DNA of 64,000 nt from Geosiphon pyriformis uo1 (GCA_016748015.1 JAAOMT010000441.1:186001-250000), one strand, 5' to 3'. Numbered from the stretch's first letter, positions 35,335 through 51,000 are shown. Notes: a model not told the origin generated them from the sequence alone. Translations and numbers: made by a program.

Positions 35335-38300
35335 TTATTTCCTCTTTTAATATTGAGCTCTGTTAAAATTCTTATTTTAAATTAAGTCTATTATTTTTTT
35401 TTAATACTATTTGTTTAATTCTAATTTTTATATTTTTAAATTGAAAATTGATTATTTTTTCTTACTAGTTAATAATTATTGTTTTTATTTTTAAATGTAG
35501 TAGTATTTCTAAATAATTTTGAAATACAGTATATAATCAATAAATTGTTTTAATATATAGTATAAAACTTGTTATTTTTCTGATAAAGTTTTTAATCTGT
35601 TATATTACTTTTTAATTAAACATTATTTTAAATTTGTTAGTATATAATTTCTGGATATTTAGCTTTTATCTCAACTAATAGTAATAGTATGCTATTAAAA
35701 ATTGTTTCATTTATAGTTTTTAGTTTTTTTTAATTAATTTTTCTGTTGAAATAGTAATTAGTATTTTTTCAAAAATGTTTTTTACTTTTTCTATAATTTT
35801 ATTTGACTAATGTTATGTTTGTTTCTGTAGTTGCTAATATAAAGTAATCTTTGTTTTTTTTTTTTTTTGTGTTTTTATAACAAATTGTTTGGTAATTGAT
35901 GATGATTTTTATGTTTAATTGTTGTTAATTTATGACTTAAAATAATTGTTATATTATTATATAGATGTGATTTGGAATTTTCATTTTTTACTGTTGCTTT
36001 TATTACATCTATAATATTTTTATATATTTTTATCTTGATTTATTTTTGTGTTTTCTTTAATGATTATAATTGATTCTAAATCTTGTGAAATTTTATCTGG
36101 TTTGATTAGTATTTTTTGTACTTTTAGTTGTAAAATATTACTAATAAATAATAATACTATATTGTAATATGATTTCAGTTAATTACTATATGCTGCTTTA
36201 ATTAAAATTTTGTTGTTTTATTTTAATTTATAAGCTTTATTTTTTAGAATTTTTTCAATGTAAAATGAACTGTTTTATTTAGAATTAAACTTTTCACTTC
36301 ATTGTTTTTTTACTTTGGTATAATGTAAAAATATCTTGTTTTTAATCTTGAATTTGATTTGTTTATCTAATAACTAGTTATTATTTTGTTTTTTTGGTAA
36401 CTTTTGTATGTTATTAGCTGCTCTTTATCTTTTATTTTTTAGAATTTTTATTAATTTATATGTTTTTTTAGCAATGTTTTTTAAAAGTTGGCTTCTGTTA
36501 TTAGTTTTGTTAAATATATATTAATATTTATTTCAACTGGTAATATTATTGTTTTACTGTAAACTAGTTTAAATAGTATTGCTTGAATAGTATTTTGTTT
36601 TATTGTCCAATAAGTAAATAATACTAATAGTATTATTACAGATTGGAGTAACAAGTTAATAGATAGTAAAAAGAAAAACAGAATTGTAAGATAATGAAAT
36701 TAATTAAAAAAAAAATTACAATAAAAAAATAAATTAAATAAGTAAGAATTCAATATATGTGATCAATTTTATTAAAATCACAGTTGTAAATCTTTTTTGA
36801 AAATTTGAATGTAGAAAAATAATCTGTAATTATTAATAAAATAATACTGCTGTTTTTATTCTATGCCTTAACTTAACAATTCTTAGAATTAATAACAAAT
36901 ATTATTGTGTTTTTTAATTATTTCTTTATTCAATGAATTACAAGAGCAAACAATTACTTTTTAGACTAATTTTTAATAATACAAATAAAAAAAAATAAAA
37001 AATAAAGTATGTAAAGACCAATAAGTAATCTTTTATTTCAAAATATTTAGATACTTAAAGATAGGAAAAATAAAATAAACAATATAAAAAAAAATAATTA
37101 AGAGTAAATTATTTTGTTACTTTAATTATAATTTTCTATAGCTAAGAGATTTATCAATTATATAGTTATTAAAAGTGATTAATAATCAGATTATTGATCA
37201 AATCAACAATCAGATTATTAATTAAGTTAATGATTAAATTAATGGTTAAATCAACAATCAAGTTATTAATCAAATCAATAATTAGGTCAATAATTAGGTT
37301 ATTAATTATTATCTAAAAATAAAATGACTAATTATGTAACTTTAGTAATTAATACATATGATAACTAATAAAAACTATGGTTTTTAATTATAATAATATT
37401 TTTTTCAAAGAGATTAAATTTTGGCAAAATTAAGCTATTTATGAGATAATTTGATTAAAGAGTTTTATTTAATTCGAAACTAATTAATTTGTTGAAATCT
37501 TTTGTAAATAAAGTATATAATATCTGAAATAAAATAAGTTTTGTATTCAAGAGACTAAATCTTTATATAAGAGTTTTAACTCTTTTAACAATGGTCAAAA
37601 CTCTTAAAACATCTAATTGTATAATATTCAAAATTTTTACTTGTATCTTTGAAATTGTTTTTTTTATAAGCTTTATGTTTTCTATAATTTTACCAAGTTA
37701 ATTATAGAGCTTTAGTTGTTTTTTATATAACAAATTTTTGTCTATGGACAAAATTTTTTTAATTGCTTTTTTAAATGTATTAGAAGGTAATAGTATACTT
37801 ATTGTTATGTTTTTAAGCATATATTTATCTATTTTGCTACTAATTTTTTCTTTTTTAATAGTGGTTTTTTTTGGTCTAATAATAGTATATATTCTATTAT
37901 TATCAATTATAGTTGTTTATTTTTCAATAATTAGAGTAACTTTAGATAATTTCTGATTCAATATTTATAAAGAGTATAGAAAGCATTTTGAATAATTTGA
38001 TTTAAGAAATAATTGTTTATATTAATTAAAGATATTTTTGTTTTGAAAATAGTGTATTTATTTATATCTGATTTTTGCTAATTATTTAGATTAGTATTAC
38101 TATAACAAATAGCCAATCAGGTCATTTGTAATATTTTTAAGTCACGTATTATGAATAAGGCAATCATTAAAAATTGTTCTATATTAATTTTGTAAGATAT
38201 AAAAACTATTATTCAAAACTTTATTAACTATAAAAAATTTTTTCTATTAATTAAAAAATTTATTATTATAGATATTGTCTTTGTTTAAGCAGTATTCTAA

Positions 38301-41300
38301 AACTAAGTTATCAATATTTAAGAAAAGTGTTTTATAAGTTTTTTTTCTTAAGCTTTTTTTGAAACTGTTTTATCTTTTTAAAAACAATTATTCATGTTTT
38401 TACCAAAAAATCAAAAATAGTATTAAGTTTTTTTTGCAATTTTTTATTGTAATTTTTTTAAAAAATATTGTTTTAATGTTTGTTTTTATTGGTAGAGTTG
38501 CCATTTATTCATAAAACAGATAAAAAAATTTATAACTTATTATATTATGGTTTACAGTTCTATAAGTAAACAAAACTAAAAATAGCATTTTGTCTTATAA
38601 GTTTGTTTTTTTACTGGTTTTGGTTAGAGTTTTACATAGTGTTCTATTAAAATATTTTACTAAATTATTTGTTTAAACATAATAAAAAAAAAAGTTTATA
38701 ACATATTTCCATTTTTTTACAAATTTTTTTAACTAGTATATTAAGAAAAGCTCTTTTTTTATCAAATAAAATTTTTTTTGAGCAGTCATAGTAACAAATA
38801 ATGTTTTTATAAATAAAATTAGCTATTAAAACTGCTGTTTGATTTGAAGTGATTTTTGCTTCTACTTACTTTGTAAAATAGTCAGTAGTTGTGATAATAT
38901 ATCTGTTGTTATCAAAAGTTATTATTAAAGATCTAATAATATTTATACCAATTCTGTCAAATAATTAACCAACAAAAATTAAATAGATATTTTTTTTTAA
39001 TTGAGTTTTCCATATTTTTGGCAAGTATTACAGATTTTAATATACTTAACAATGTCTTTTTTCAAAATAAGCCAATAATAATAAGCTAAAGTCTTCTGAA
39101 TTGTTTTTGTTTTTTCAAAGTATTCAGTTAATAAATTAGTATACATGTTATAGATCACAATTTTTTTTTATTCAAATTTAATAACTTTTTGGAGATAGTC
39201 AGGATCTTTTTTATTTCTTTTATATAATTGGTTCTGGTGGATTAAATAAAAACTTAATTGTTTTTGCAAATGTTTTCTTTGTTGTTAAGTGTATTCCAGT
39301 GAATATTGTTTTTTATCCAAAAATTTTATTAGTGCAAAATAGTTGTTCAAGTTTATTATTGTATTTGGTTAAAAAAAAGTTATTAATAATTAGGTTGGTT
39401 TGGTTTTGTGAAGATTATACTATTATTTGGTGATAAGTTTAGAGAGAGTATTAATATTTTAATAATTAACTTCTTTGCAATATTGTATATCATAATCAAA
39501 TTTATTCAAATGAAGTATTCAATAAATTATTTATTTGTGTTTCAGATTTTTTTTATTGTGCAGTTAAATTAAAGCTTGATAATCTGTTATTACCAAAAAC
39601 TTTACACCAAAAAGATATTTGCTCTAGTAACTAATAAACCAAACTACTGTTAAGCATTTTTGCTCAGTAATTAAATAGTTCTGTTCTGCTAATAAGAAAA
39701 TTTTACTGGCATATACTATAGTATGTTTCTTGCTATTTTTATTTTTTTGTGAAAAAACAGTGCCAAGTCTATAGTTAAATATATTAATATAGAAAATGAA
39801 AAGTTAATTCAAATCAGATTGCTTAAAAATAGATTCTGTAATCAATTTTTTTTTTAGAGTTTTAAATGCTTTTTGTTAATATATACTCCAGTGATAATTA
39901 ACATTTTTTCTAAGTAACTGATTAAAAAAAAAAGTAATTTTGAAGAAATTCTTAATAAATTTGCAATAATAAGAGACCAAACCAAGAAAAAAATATAGTT
40001 TATATATATTTATTAATTGTTTAATATTCTGAACTTTTTTAATTTTGGTTAGATCAGAAAAAATTTCATTTTTTGTAATAAAATAACCAAAAAACTGGGT
40101 AGATTAATGTCCAAAAAAAGATTTGATTAGGTTGATTTTAAAATTAGTATTTCTAAACAAATTAAAAATCTTTTGTAAATATTCAAGATATTTATTTTAA
40201 ATTTTTAAGTATACTATTATATTATTCAAATAAACTAGAACAAAGTTTTTTTTTATTAATTCAAATATTTTGTTTATTAAATATTGAAAAGTAGAAAGAG
40301 CATTAATAAAACCAAAAGACATAATTGTGAATTTATAGATATTATATTTAATTATAAAAGCAGTTTTTTTTCTGCTTTTTGGATCCATTTTTATTTGCCA
40401 GAATTCAATAATTAAATCAATAATTAAGAAGAAAGCAGCATTATTAAATTGATTCAACATTGCATCAATTTTAGGAAAAAAATACATATCTCTTTTAATA
40501 ATAATATTTAATTAGTAGTAGTTAATACAAAAGTGTAAAATTCCATTTTTTTTGAATACTACTATAATTGAAAAGACTTATTTACTTTTGGTTTTTTGTA
40601 TAAATTCAAGGTTTTTTATCCAGTTTATTTTTTTTAATGAATTTATCATTGTAATAATTAAATTAATAAGACTTCAAATAAATAAAACAAGTTTTTCTGA
40701 TAATAATAGTGTATTGTATCACATAAGTATATCTAAAAGTATTACTTTCTTTTAAAATAACTAGATTATTTTTAGCTAACAGGTTTTTAATATTAATTTT
40801 CTTTCTTTTAAAGAGAGTTTTTTTTGTTTTACTATTATTGATTAGATTTCGGGTAGTTTATTTTTAAAGTATTTTTGCACTTTTTTTATTTTTTTTCTTA
40901 GTATCAAGTTAATTGGTTCCCAATTTTTATAATAAATTAGACAAAATTTGTATTTATTATTAAAAGAATACAATAATTTATTATATTAGTACTAAATACA
41001 AAAATCATATTACCAATAACTGTATTTAGTTTTTTTATCAGATTTTTTATCAAAAGTTCTTTTAAGAATATTATAGTAAAGCCAGCAGATTAGTTTGTTA
41101 TTTATAATAATTTTTTTTTGTCAGTTTTAACATTATCTAATGGCTTATTATTGTTGATAAAGATAGTACAAACAAGGTTAACAATTTTTTTTTATTTTTT
41201 TTTTTATTTTTTTTTTTATTTTTTTATTATTATCTAATTTATTTGATAGTTTTTCTTTTGGGCTTTGCTTGGATATTAGAAGAGTTGCCCAATATTAATA

Positions 41301-44300
41301 ATTAATCATAATAGGCTTTTTATCACATCTAAAGATTAATTTACACAATTTATAATTAAGCAAAACTTTGGCTTTTTTAAGCCATTTATTGTTAACAATA
41401 ATAGTGTATTTTTTAGCTTTAGAAATTTTTATGTTAGTTTCAATGCTAATACTATTGATGTAAACAAAAACAGCTTTTGTAATATCAAGTCTTTTTTTTT
41501 GTCATTATGTATATTAGTCATAAATCTAGTAAAGAATTCATCAATTTTTCTACTAATGATTTCCAAAAAGTGTTTAATAATAATACTTACAGATAATCTA
41601 TTATTTAAAATCAAGTTAATAAAATAACCAGCCACTTGGGCTTTGCAAATTAGAGAAGTAATATTACTGTTGTTAGTAGATTTAGCTTAATAAAAGTACT
41701 TATTAGTTTTTGGTGTTTTTTTCTTTAAGATTAATAATTTGCAGATATTTTTTCTAAACTGTAAATGAGCCATTAACTGACTAAAGATAATATAAGCTGG
41801 AATTTTTATAAAATCTTTAACAACAAAATAGAAACCAGATTTTTGTACTATCTTTAGAAGTTTTAACTTTGAAGAATTCTTAAAAACTTTAGTTTTTGGT
41901 GGCTTATTGTTATTAACAGTAGAAGTTGAAACTTTGTTAGAATCTAAAACGAAATTAATCTTGGTTTTTTTTTTCTTTTTTGTAAATTCAAAGAAATTGA
42001 TAGATAGTTTATTTATATCATAATTATTATTAGTTAAGTTAAAAGTATAAAAGAAGTTTTTTTTTGGTTGGCTTGCACTTTTATTTTTTGAAAGTATATT
42101 TATTAGTTTAAAAGCTAATAAATAGTGGCTTCAACTAAGAGATTCTTTCCAAAAAAATTAATGTTGACATGATTAAGTTTTTGATTGGAAGCATTGTTGT
42201 TTTTAAGTTTATTGTTTTGGTTATTATTGTTTTTAAGAACTAGAGAAGACAAAAAAAAATTGTTGTAATCTCTGAAAAAATGTTTAGTTAATTCACAATA
42301 ATAGCACACAAGTAAACATAATTTTGTTGTTTTTGATAAGAAAATTGTTAAAGCTGATTAAAATAGGGTTTAAATCTAAGTTTTTAGAGTTGTTAAATTT
42401 TTCTAACTGCTTGGGCTAAAAATTCTAGTAATTAGGCAAAATTGGCTGTAAGTTTGTCTATCAATTATTTATTAGAATCTTGAATTTGGATAGTAAAAGA
42501 GATAACAGTCACTTGAGATACAGAAACCATAATAAAAACAAAAACAAAAACTAGAAATGTGGTTTTTAAATATATTCTTTGGTTATCTTTAATTTTTTGT
42601 ACAAGTTTAATGGCCATATCTATGATTGAATTATTTTTTAAAGCCAAAAGAAACCAAAGAGCATAAAATAAATCAGTTTTCAATTCTTTTGTAAAAAAAT
42701 AAATCTTTTATTCTTCTGTTCAGTTTGTTTTAAAGTTTACTTATTTGATGAGCTTTTTAATTACTTTGGCATATTTAATTACAACTTTACCAAAGCTTTG
42801 AGTTTTTTTTTCTAATTTTATATGCCATTTAAAAATTAAAATAAGAGTTTTGATTTTGTTTTTAAACCAAATAATAAAAAAGATATTTTTTTCTTCAGCA
42901 TTTGTTGATATCTATCTGATAATTTTTTGTTGAATATTAACATTGGTTATTGTAATAACTATGTTGCAGAAAAGTTTTGAAAATAGCCACCAATGATTTA
43001 AAATTTGTATTTCACATTATACTAATTAGCAGTAACTGCTCTTTTAAAATTGTTTAATTATTTAATTGGATCTTGTACATTGTTTCTAAATAATAGTAAT
43101 GAAATGTTGTTTCTTTGTTCTAAAGCAGGTTATATATCTTAAAGAGTGATCAAAATGTTAGCTTGCATGGAATCAGCTGTTATTGGTTTAGAAATAGCTA
43201 TTTGTGTAAAATAATCTGATTTACTTAAGAAAAAGTCAAACACAAAAGCAGTTTGGTAATTTTTTTTTTGTTTCAAAAAAAAGTTTAATTAATTAGTGGA
43301 CAGCAATCCAAATATGAATTTGTAAATTAAATATTCGAAATTAGAAGGCTGTTAATCAAAAGTTGTTGAACACAAAAGTTAATTAATATAGTTGTTTTTT
43401 TTTCAAAAGTTTTTTTAAAGTAATTTTAATTAAAGAAATAGATTATATAAGCTGTATAGATTTTAGCTAAATATTTATTTAAAAACCAGTTCCAAAAGTC
43501 TTAGAATTGTCTACTAAATTGTTTTTTAATAAGAAAGCAGATCAAACAAAAAGGCAAAAAATTGAGTTTAATAAAATCTAAGTTGTTTCTGTAGTATATT
43601 GTAAAGTATTTTTCTGATTATTATAACAAATATAAATAATTATTCATATAATAAAAAACAAAGTAAATTTTAACAATCTTACAAAAAGCACTACTTTTAT
43701 GTTATAAGTTAGAATAACAAGTTAATAGATAGCAAAAAAAAACAGAATTATAAGATAATAAAATTAATCAAAGAAAAAATTACAATAAAAAAATGAATTA
43801 AATAAGTAAGAATTTAATATACATGATCAGTTTTATAAAAATTACAGTCACAAATTTTTTCTGAAAATTTAAAAATAAAAGAATAATTTGTGATTGTTAA
43901 CAAAATAATACTACTATTATTATTTTATGCTTTAACTTAGTGATTCTTAGAATTAATAACAGATATTGTTGTGTTTTTTAATTGTTTTTTATTTAATAAA
44001 TCACAAGAGTAAGCAATTGCTTTTTAGGCTAATTTTTAATAATACAAATCAAAAAAAAATAAGATATATAAATGTCAACAAGTAATCTTTTATTCTAAAA
44101 TGTTTAGATACTTAAAAATAGAGAAAAAAAAATAAGTAATATAAGAAAAAATAATTAATAGTAGATTATTTTATTACTTTAATTATGTTTTTTTACAGTT
44201 AAAAAACTTATTACTTATATAGTTATTAAAAATGGTCAATAATTAAGTCATTGATAAAGTTAACAATTAGATCATTAATCAGATTAATAAATAAGTCAAT

Positions 44301-45011
44301 AGTTAAATTAATAATTAAGTTATTAATCAAGTCAATAATTAGGTTAATAATCAGATTATTGATTATTATCTAAAAATAAGATGGTAAATTATGTGATATT
44401 AATAACTAATACATATAATAACTAATAAAAACTATGATTTTTAACTATAATAATATAAACAAATTCTATTTATTCTGGTTTTTTTGACCGATCTTGGTTA
44501 TTACTTTGCATAATATTCTATTAAATTTTTTGACTAAGCCATTTGTTTGTCAATAATATAAAAATAATAGTGGTTTTTTAATTCTAAATATTTGACTTAA
44601 TTCTGTCAATGTTCTGTTCACAAAATAAGTTTTTTGGTTTGATAACAATTTTTTTAAACATCTATATTAACAAATCAAATTCTAATATATAAATTTGGTT
44701 ATGAATTTTGCATCTGCTTTTTAAATAGCTTTAGTTTCCAGTTATTTTGTAAGATAATTTATAACTACTGTTATATATTAATTGTTGCTAATTATTGTTA
44801 ATGATTCTACTAAGTTAATTTTAATCTAATTAAATAGTTGTTTTACTTTAATTAATCTTAATGGTTTGTTGGATTTTGTTTCTTTTTTTTTTTGACAAGC
44901 ATCACAATTTTGAACATATTAGATAATATGTGGATATATTAATGGCCAATAGTATTTTTTTTAATTTTTTTTATAATTGTTTCTTTATGAAAATATTCTG
45001 TAGTTAGATTT
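35335..45011 (-). mobile_element. Element H internal part (ORF3 and integrase, G-family), split by C'
   Basis: Reverse-complement homology of 35335-36633 and 44457-45011 to 55700-57579. Confidence 0.8.
36634..44452 (-). mobile_element. Element C', uninterrupted but heavily decayed copy of family C
   Basis: LTRs 36634-37395 and 43700-44452; TSD GTAT/ATAT; colinear with C; RT ORF 40197, PR ORF 41429, knuckle 42115. Confidence 0.9.
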
Positions 45012-48000
45012 AAAGATAGTCATCAAATTTTTTGGAAAACACATTGATGTTATTCAAATAGACTACTACTGACTTCCATAATAATTCAATATAGACAATT
45101 TTCATTAGCTATTGAAAAATGGCTGGAGCATTCATTAAGCTAAATAGCATAATGTCGAATTTAAAGTTCTCTTTTCTGGTTGTAAATGCTGTTTTCTTTT
45201 TGTCAACTGGATTTATGATGTTACTGGAGGTTTTTGGTCTCTTTTCTTAAATTTTGTTAATGTCTGATGGTTGTGAATTCACGTTTTTTAGAGATAATTG
45301 AATCTCCAATAACTGAATTTATTTTCAAATTATCTCCTATAATTTAAACTGCTGGGCTTATAAGTAGAATGACCAATTCTATACCAGTTGTTTTATATAG
45401 TTACATTGTAGTAAACATCAACTCTTTCTCAGAAATTGCTCATTTGGAAGCTCACTAAAATTGTGTAGTTACTTTGCTGTGAAAGTCAACTCTTCTACAG
45501 GAATTTTATTTGTAGGCTATCCTAATGATTATAATAAGAAAAGTAAAAAGAAAAATAAAAGAAATGTAAAAGAAATAAAATTGTGTTAAGAAAAACATTT
45601 TCTATTCAAGTCTAGAGTCACTAACAGATTACTGAAATTGGTAGCTAATCAATTTCAAAATATTAGTTGTGTTGAGGAAATTTCAGGTGTAAAAATTCAA
45701 AGAATTTGGTTTGTAATTATTTAATTTTTATTTAATATGTAAAAGGTGATTTGTTCTAATTAAGATATCTAAAATAAGATATTATAGTAAAATACTATGA
45801 GAAGATACATTTTTTGAAAAGAAAAGCTCTTCTTTTATACAATTTGTTGTAGTACTAGTCTTTGAACTTGTACTTTTCTCTTTGCTACAATTTGGGTAAA
45901 CTAAAAATACATTTCAGTAAACTACAAGTTATTTTACTGAACTATTAATTATTTCGGCCAATTTTTATTAATTTTGGCGAATTTTGACTATGTTAAATGA
46001 TTCAGGGTATTGTGTAATTTGATCATCTTAATTTTTATGATACAAATTGGGTTATTGATTGAATAATGATAATTGCTAATTTAATTAAATACTAAATACT
46101 AATTGAAATAATAATAATATAGCTAATTAATAATAAGAATTATGAAGATAATTTTATGCTAATTAATAGCTAAAATTTTACTGGTAACAATGGTTACTTA
46201 TCAATAATTACTGTCTAAATTCAATGTTAAAAACCATTTTTTTCTTTTAAAAGCATTAAGTAATTTCTGAATTTATGGAGTTGGATAGCTGTTTTTACAA
46301 ATAACACTGTTGAGTTTTCTGTAATCTACACAAAAGTAAATTTTTCCATTTTTTTTCCAAACTAGTATCACTGGTAATAACTATAGACTTATTGATAGTT
46401 GAATTAACTTATTGTCCAAAATTTTGTTGATTTTCTGTTAGATAATTTCATGGCTTGCTGGTGGTATTTTGTATGCTTGTTGTTTTATTGGTATTGTATT
46501 TTCAGTTTTGATTTGATATTAGATAATGTTAGTTCTATTAAATTCATTTTTACTGGCAAATATGTCAATAAAATTGTTAAGTAGCATCTTAAGTTGCATA
46601 TACTAAAGTGAGTCTAAATTTTCCAAGTTCATTTAGTTCAATTGTTCTGGTTAGAGCAAATAACATTTTTCTTGTCTTATATTGTTTATAATATAATATT
46701 TACATATCTACAAAGCTGTGGAAAATCTGAAATAGTGTTTGGTAATTGGTTTTTAACTTTAATGCTTAAGTATCTAATGGTAGTACTGCTTGGTATTTTG
46801 ATGGTGTTTTTAGTTGTATTGTAGATAGAGATTTTAATATGTTTATTGTTTTTGGTCAGTATATAAAAATTGGTGATTTCAATCTTTTCTGATTCACAAA
46901 TTGTAGATTTTACTTTAAAAATCTGGGGCTGATCTCTTACTTTTCTTTTTATTACTAATATATACTGGTCATATGGCAGAATAGAAACTGATTAATGAGT
47001 GATAATTTTTCTTTTATTAATGGTTTTTTTCTCTGCCATATTAACTGGTATGTTTATTCTACTCATGAATCTGAATTCATTTTTTCCTCTGGCTGTAATC
47101 TCTAATTCTTCTCTTATTTCTATTAATGCTAATTAAGCTATTTTTACTAGAAATAAGAATATTGTCTATGCTATTTTTTTGTTTGGTTTAATTATATATG
47201 GTTTTTCTGATTTATTTTGTAGTATTGCAATAATATTTTCTACATATCTTGTGTTAATTATTTTTTTTCTGATATTAATTTCTTTTTTTGTTAAATTAGA
47301 TCTGAATGCTAACTAAACCATTATTATTACTAGAATTTTCAGTACTATTTTCAAATTAATACAAGTATGTGTATTAGACTTCAATATTATGGCATATTTT
47401 CTTGAATATCTTAGATCAAATTCTATATTAGTATTATGTATGCATTTTGGCATAATATTTTTATTATTATTGCTAAACCATCTTAGTTCTTATTCCATAA
47501 ATAGATCTGAAAGTCCAATATATTGCTCGAGATTGTAATCAAAGTTTGAATTATTATTATTATTGTCATATTGAACAGAGTTAAAGCTGTTGTTGTTATT
47601 ATTGTCAGAGTTTGAATTGAGATTGAATTTTGATTCCAATTCTACTGTGCACTTGCTAATTGATTCTTTTTTTTCTGAGGTTGAATAGATCATATATGGT
47701 AGTGAATTGTAAATAAAATCACAATTATCACAATAATCAAAGTCACTGGAAATTAGGCAATGTTTACACAATCTTACATTTAATTGTTTCAAATATTGTT
47801 TTTGCTCTTTTTTAATAGGTGTTAGGTTTTAGTAGTGTTCATAGAAGTGTTTTGAATCATTTAAGATGTCAATAAAAACATCTGAATTGGAGATAAAGAT
47901 GGTTTCAACAGGTTTTGGTGGATTATTTTTGATTAGTAATATTTTGTTAAGCAAGACATTTTTGACTTTAGCACTTGTCATTTACCAAATTTTGTTTTCA

Positions 48001-51000
48001 TTATAGGAATAGCCATCTAAACATAATAGTACTTGGTTCTATGTGACATTAAAAGACATTTTTTGACTTACTTAATTACTTATTAAAATCATGTACTAAT
48101 ATAATATGTCACATGTTCCTTCTTGACCAAAAATATTATTCCATATTTTTTTATCAAATAGTGTTTCTCTACAAGTAAGACATAATTTATTGTTCTATTT
48201 TTCTTGTTATTTTGGATAACTAAAACACTCTTAGTAGTATAGCTTATAGTAATAATGAGTATGTATTTAGTAGTTTTTATTTGGTATGACCCAAGCTTCT
48301 ATAAATAAAAGCTTTTTTTTACAGTCAATATATCTGAAAAAAATCTAAAGTGGTTCTTTTCTTGTATCTATTAAGTATAGTATATGCTAATTATTAGCAG
48401 TTTCATTAATAATAGTGGTAACTTATGATTTGTTCTCCTTTTTTTCTTTTCTTTTATTGTTCCACAATAAAATTGGTAGTAGCATGTTGTAATTTTCTTC
48501 AGTCTATAAGACTTGATAGGCTTTTTAGGTAGGTTTGGTTTTTTTTTTCCAATTCAATTAATAATGCTAAATTGTTGTTTGGTTTAAAGTGATTATATGT
48601 GGGAGATACTCAAGTATGCTGACTATTCTGGCTGAACTGTAGCTTTTACATGGTCTAATCAAGTACTGTGTTTGTTTTAAATAACCAGTCATTACTAACT
48701 AGAGCTTAATATTACATGGCTTTTATGACAAAAACTTTAATTGACATGATAATGCCATTAACTTTGAATGGGAAGTTATTGATTTTGTTAATTGAAGTTT
48801 TGGTTGTTCTATTGGCTGTAATAATTCTGGTGCTAGCAGTACAATTAACTTGGTAACCTAATTAGTCCATAAGTTGTCATGTAATAATACTGTCTGCTAA
48901 ACCACTATTAAAAATTAGCTTAATAAGATGGCTATTGACTTTATTATCTGTATATATAGTAGTAATGAGTTTTGATTCAAGAATAACTCCACTGAATAAT
49001 GGTATTTTGACTAGTTCTTTGAATTCAAAAAAGAAAATGGCAGTAAGTAATTCATCTTTGGTAATAATTGCTAATAGAATATTGTTAAGGGATAATTGGG
49101 TTCTGATAAATTAAATGTGTTAATTTTTAGAGATACTAAGAGACTTAAATAGTATTGGGCATTCAAGTTTTGGACATAATTTGTTTCCAAATTTTGCTAT
49201 TATGATCCAGATTGTTGGGCTGCTGAACTAGAAATTGGTTGGTATATTACCATCACTAATTTTTAGTTCTGGCAAATTTGGATAGTTCTTGGCCTTTGGT
49301 TTCTGTTTTGAGTTAAGTTTTGTGGTTGAATTTGAATTTGTTGCAGTTAATAAATAATTTGTGGCTGTGGTTAATATATTACTGGTGCTGAAGGCTGATA
49401 AATTGGCAGTGAATATATTGTTTGTTACATTATTGAGGTGTAATAAGATTGATATAAGTCTTAATTTGAGTAATAGTTTGGAGTTTGAAATCAGCAATCA
49501 GAGTTTTGATATTAATTTTCTGATCTTTAATTATTTAACTGGGTGTAACAGTTGATTTGCAAATGTTTTTGTTTATTACAATAGTAACAAATACACATTT
49601 TTGTTACTATTGTTGATTGTTAACAATAATAAATGCAGTTAGTTTTAGAAACAATTTGGGTTTTCCAGATTATTATAACATTGTAAAAATTAATAAATTG
49701 CTTGATTGTTAGCTAAGTATTCTTCTAATTTTTGATTAATAAAATCACTAAATTGTTTTAACTTGGAATTCAAGTCAAATGATCTATTCATTACTAGATT
49801 AATAACTTGAGTGTAATTAGTTTCTAGCTTAGCCAATTTAAAATCTTAGGTGTATATGACTGTATCTTAAAGTATTTGTATATGTATTAGACATATGTAT
49901 TATAGGAAACTACTGCACAGATCATAGATAAATTGGTTTAAGATTTGTAACACTGTGAAGTAATTTGCATTAATGATTTGTATTTGTTACAGATTTTGGT
50001 AGAAGCATTCCAAATAAGTGGTGACTATTTTAATATCTTCTTGTTTAATAATTGTAAAAGTATTTGCTAAGTGATTAATGCTATTATTATTACTAAAATA
50101 TTTTAAAAATTTCAGTTTGAATACATTAAAGTTTTGGGGTTTTTGGATCAAACTTTAATATTATGAGTTGGCAGTATTTTGAAAAAAATATGGGATTGCT
50201 TGTAATGCTCTGATGTCATCTTTTTCATTGGCTGCAATGGCTTTTTTCATATTATTAAGCCAAACTTGTGTGTTGTCTTCTTCACTGGTAAATTTTTCAA
50301 GTTTTGTGATTGGTGCATAGGTTATTAGTACAAGTAATAGTTATGGTTGTTGTTGTTGTTAAAGTTGTTGTTGTTGAAATTATAGTTGTGATTTAACAAT
50401 TGGTGCAACTGATAATGGATTGATCATGATTACTGAAGATAAGTTTTGAAGAACAATAGAAACAAGTTTGGATTATTCTGATTTTGTTGAGTTTGAACAA
50501 TCAAAGTTTAGATTTTTGGGTTTTCTGAGATCAGGTTTTGGTAATTAAATTCTTGATCTTTGTCTTTTTTTCTTCTGAGTTGGTTATTTTCCAAAGATTA
50601 ACAGCACCAAAATTGGGTTAAGATGGTAGTGATTGAAATCTTAATAATATTGGTAATTATAATTTAAATCTTTCAAAGAAATTATCATAAATTTCTAATA
50701 AATCAGCTTTTTTTTGTTGGTTTTGAAATGTTATTCTTACTAATAATGTTTTTACTAATAATAACATACCTCCTAATAGTATATTGATAGTACTTTCAGG
50801 TATGCAGTAATATGACAAGTGAATAAGAAAAACTACTTTTGGTTTTTTTCAAATAGGTGGTTGTATTTTTTTTGGTGTTTCTGTTGGTATTTGTAATTTT
50901 CTTTTTTCATTGTTCACAAAAATAATAGAAAATTTCTGTCTAGTGTGCTTTTCAATTTTTCTATTGATTTTTGTAATTATTAGAGTGAACAAATAATTTT

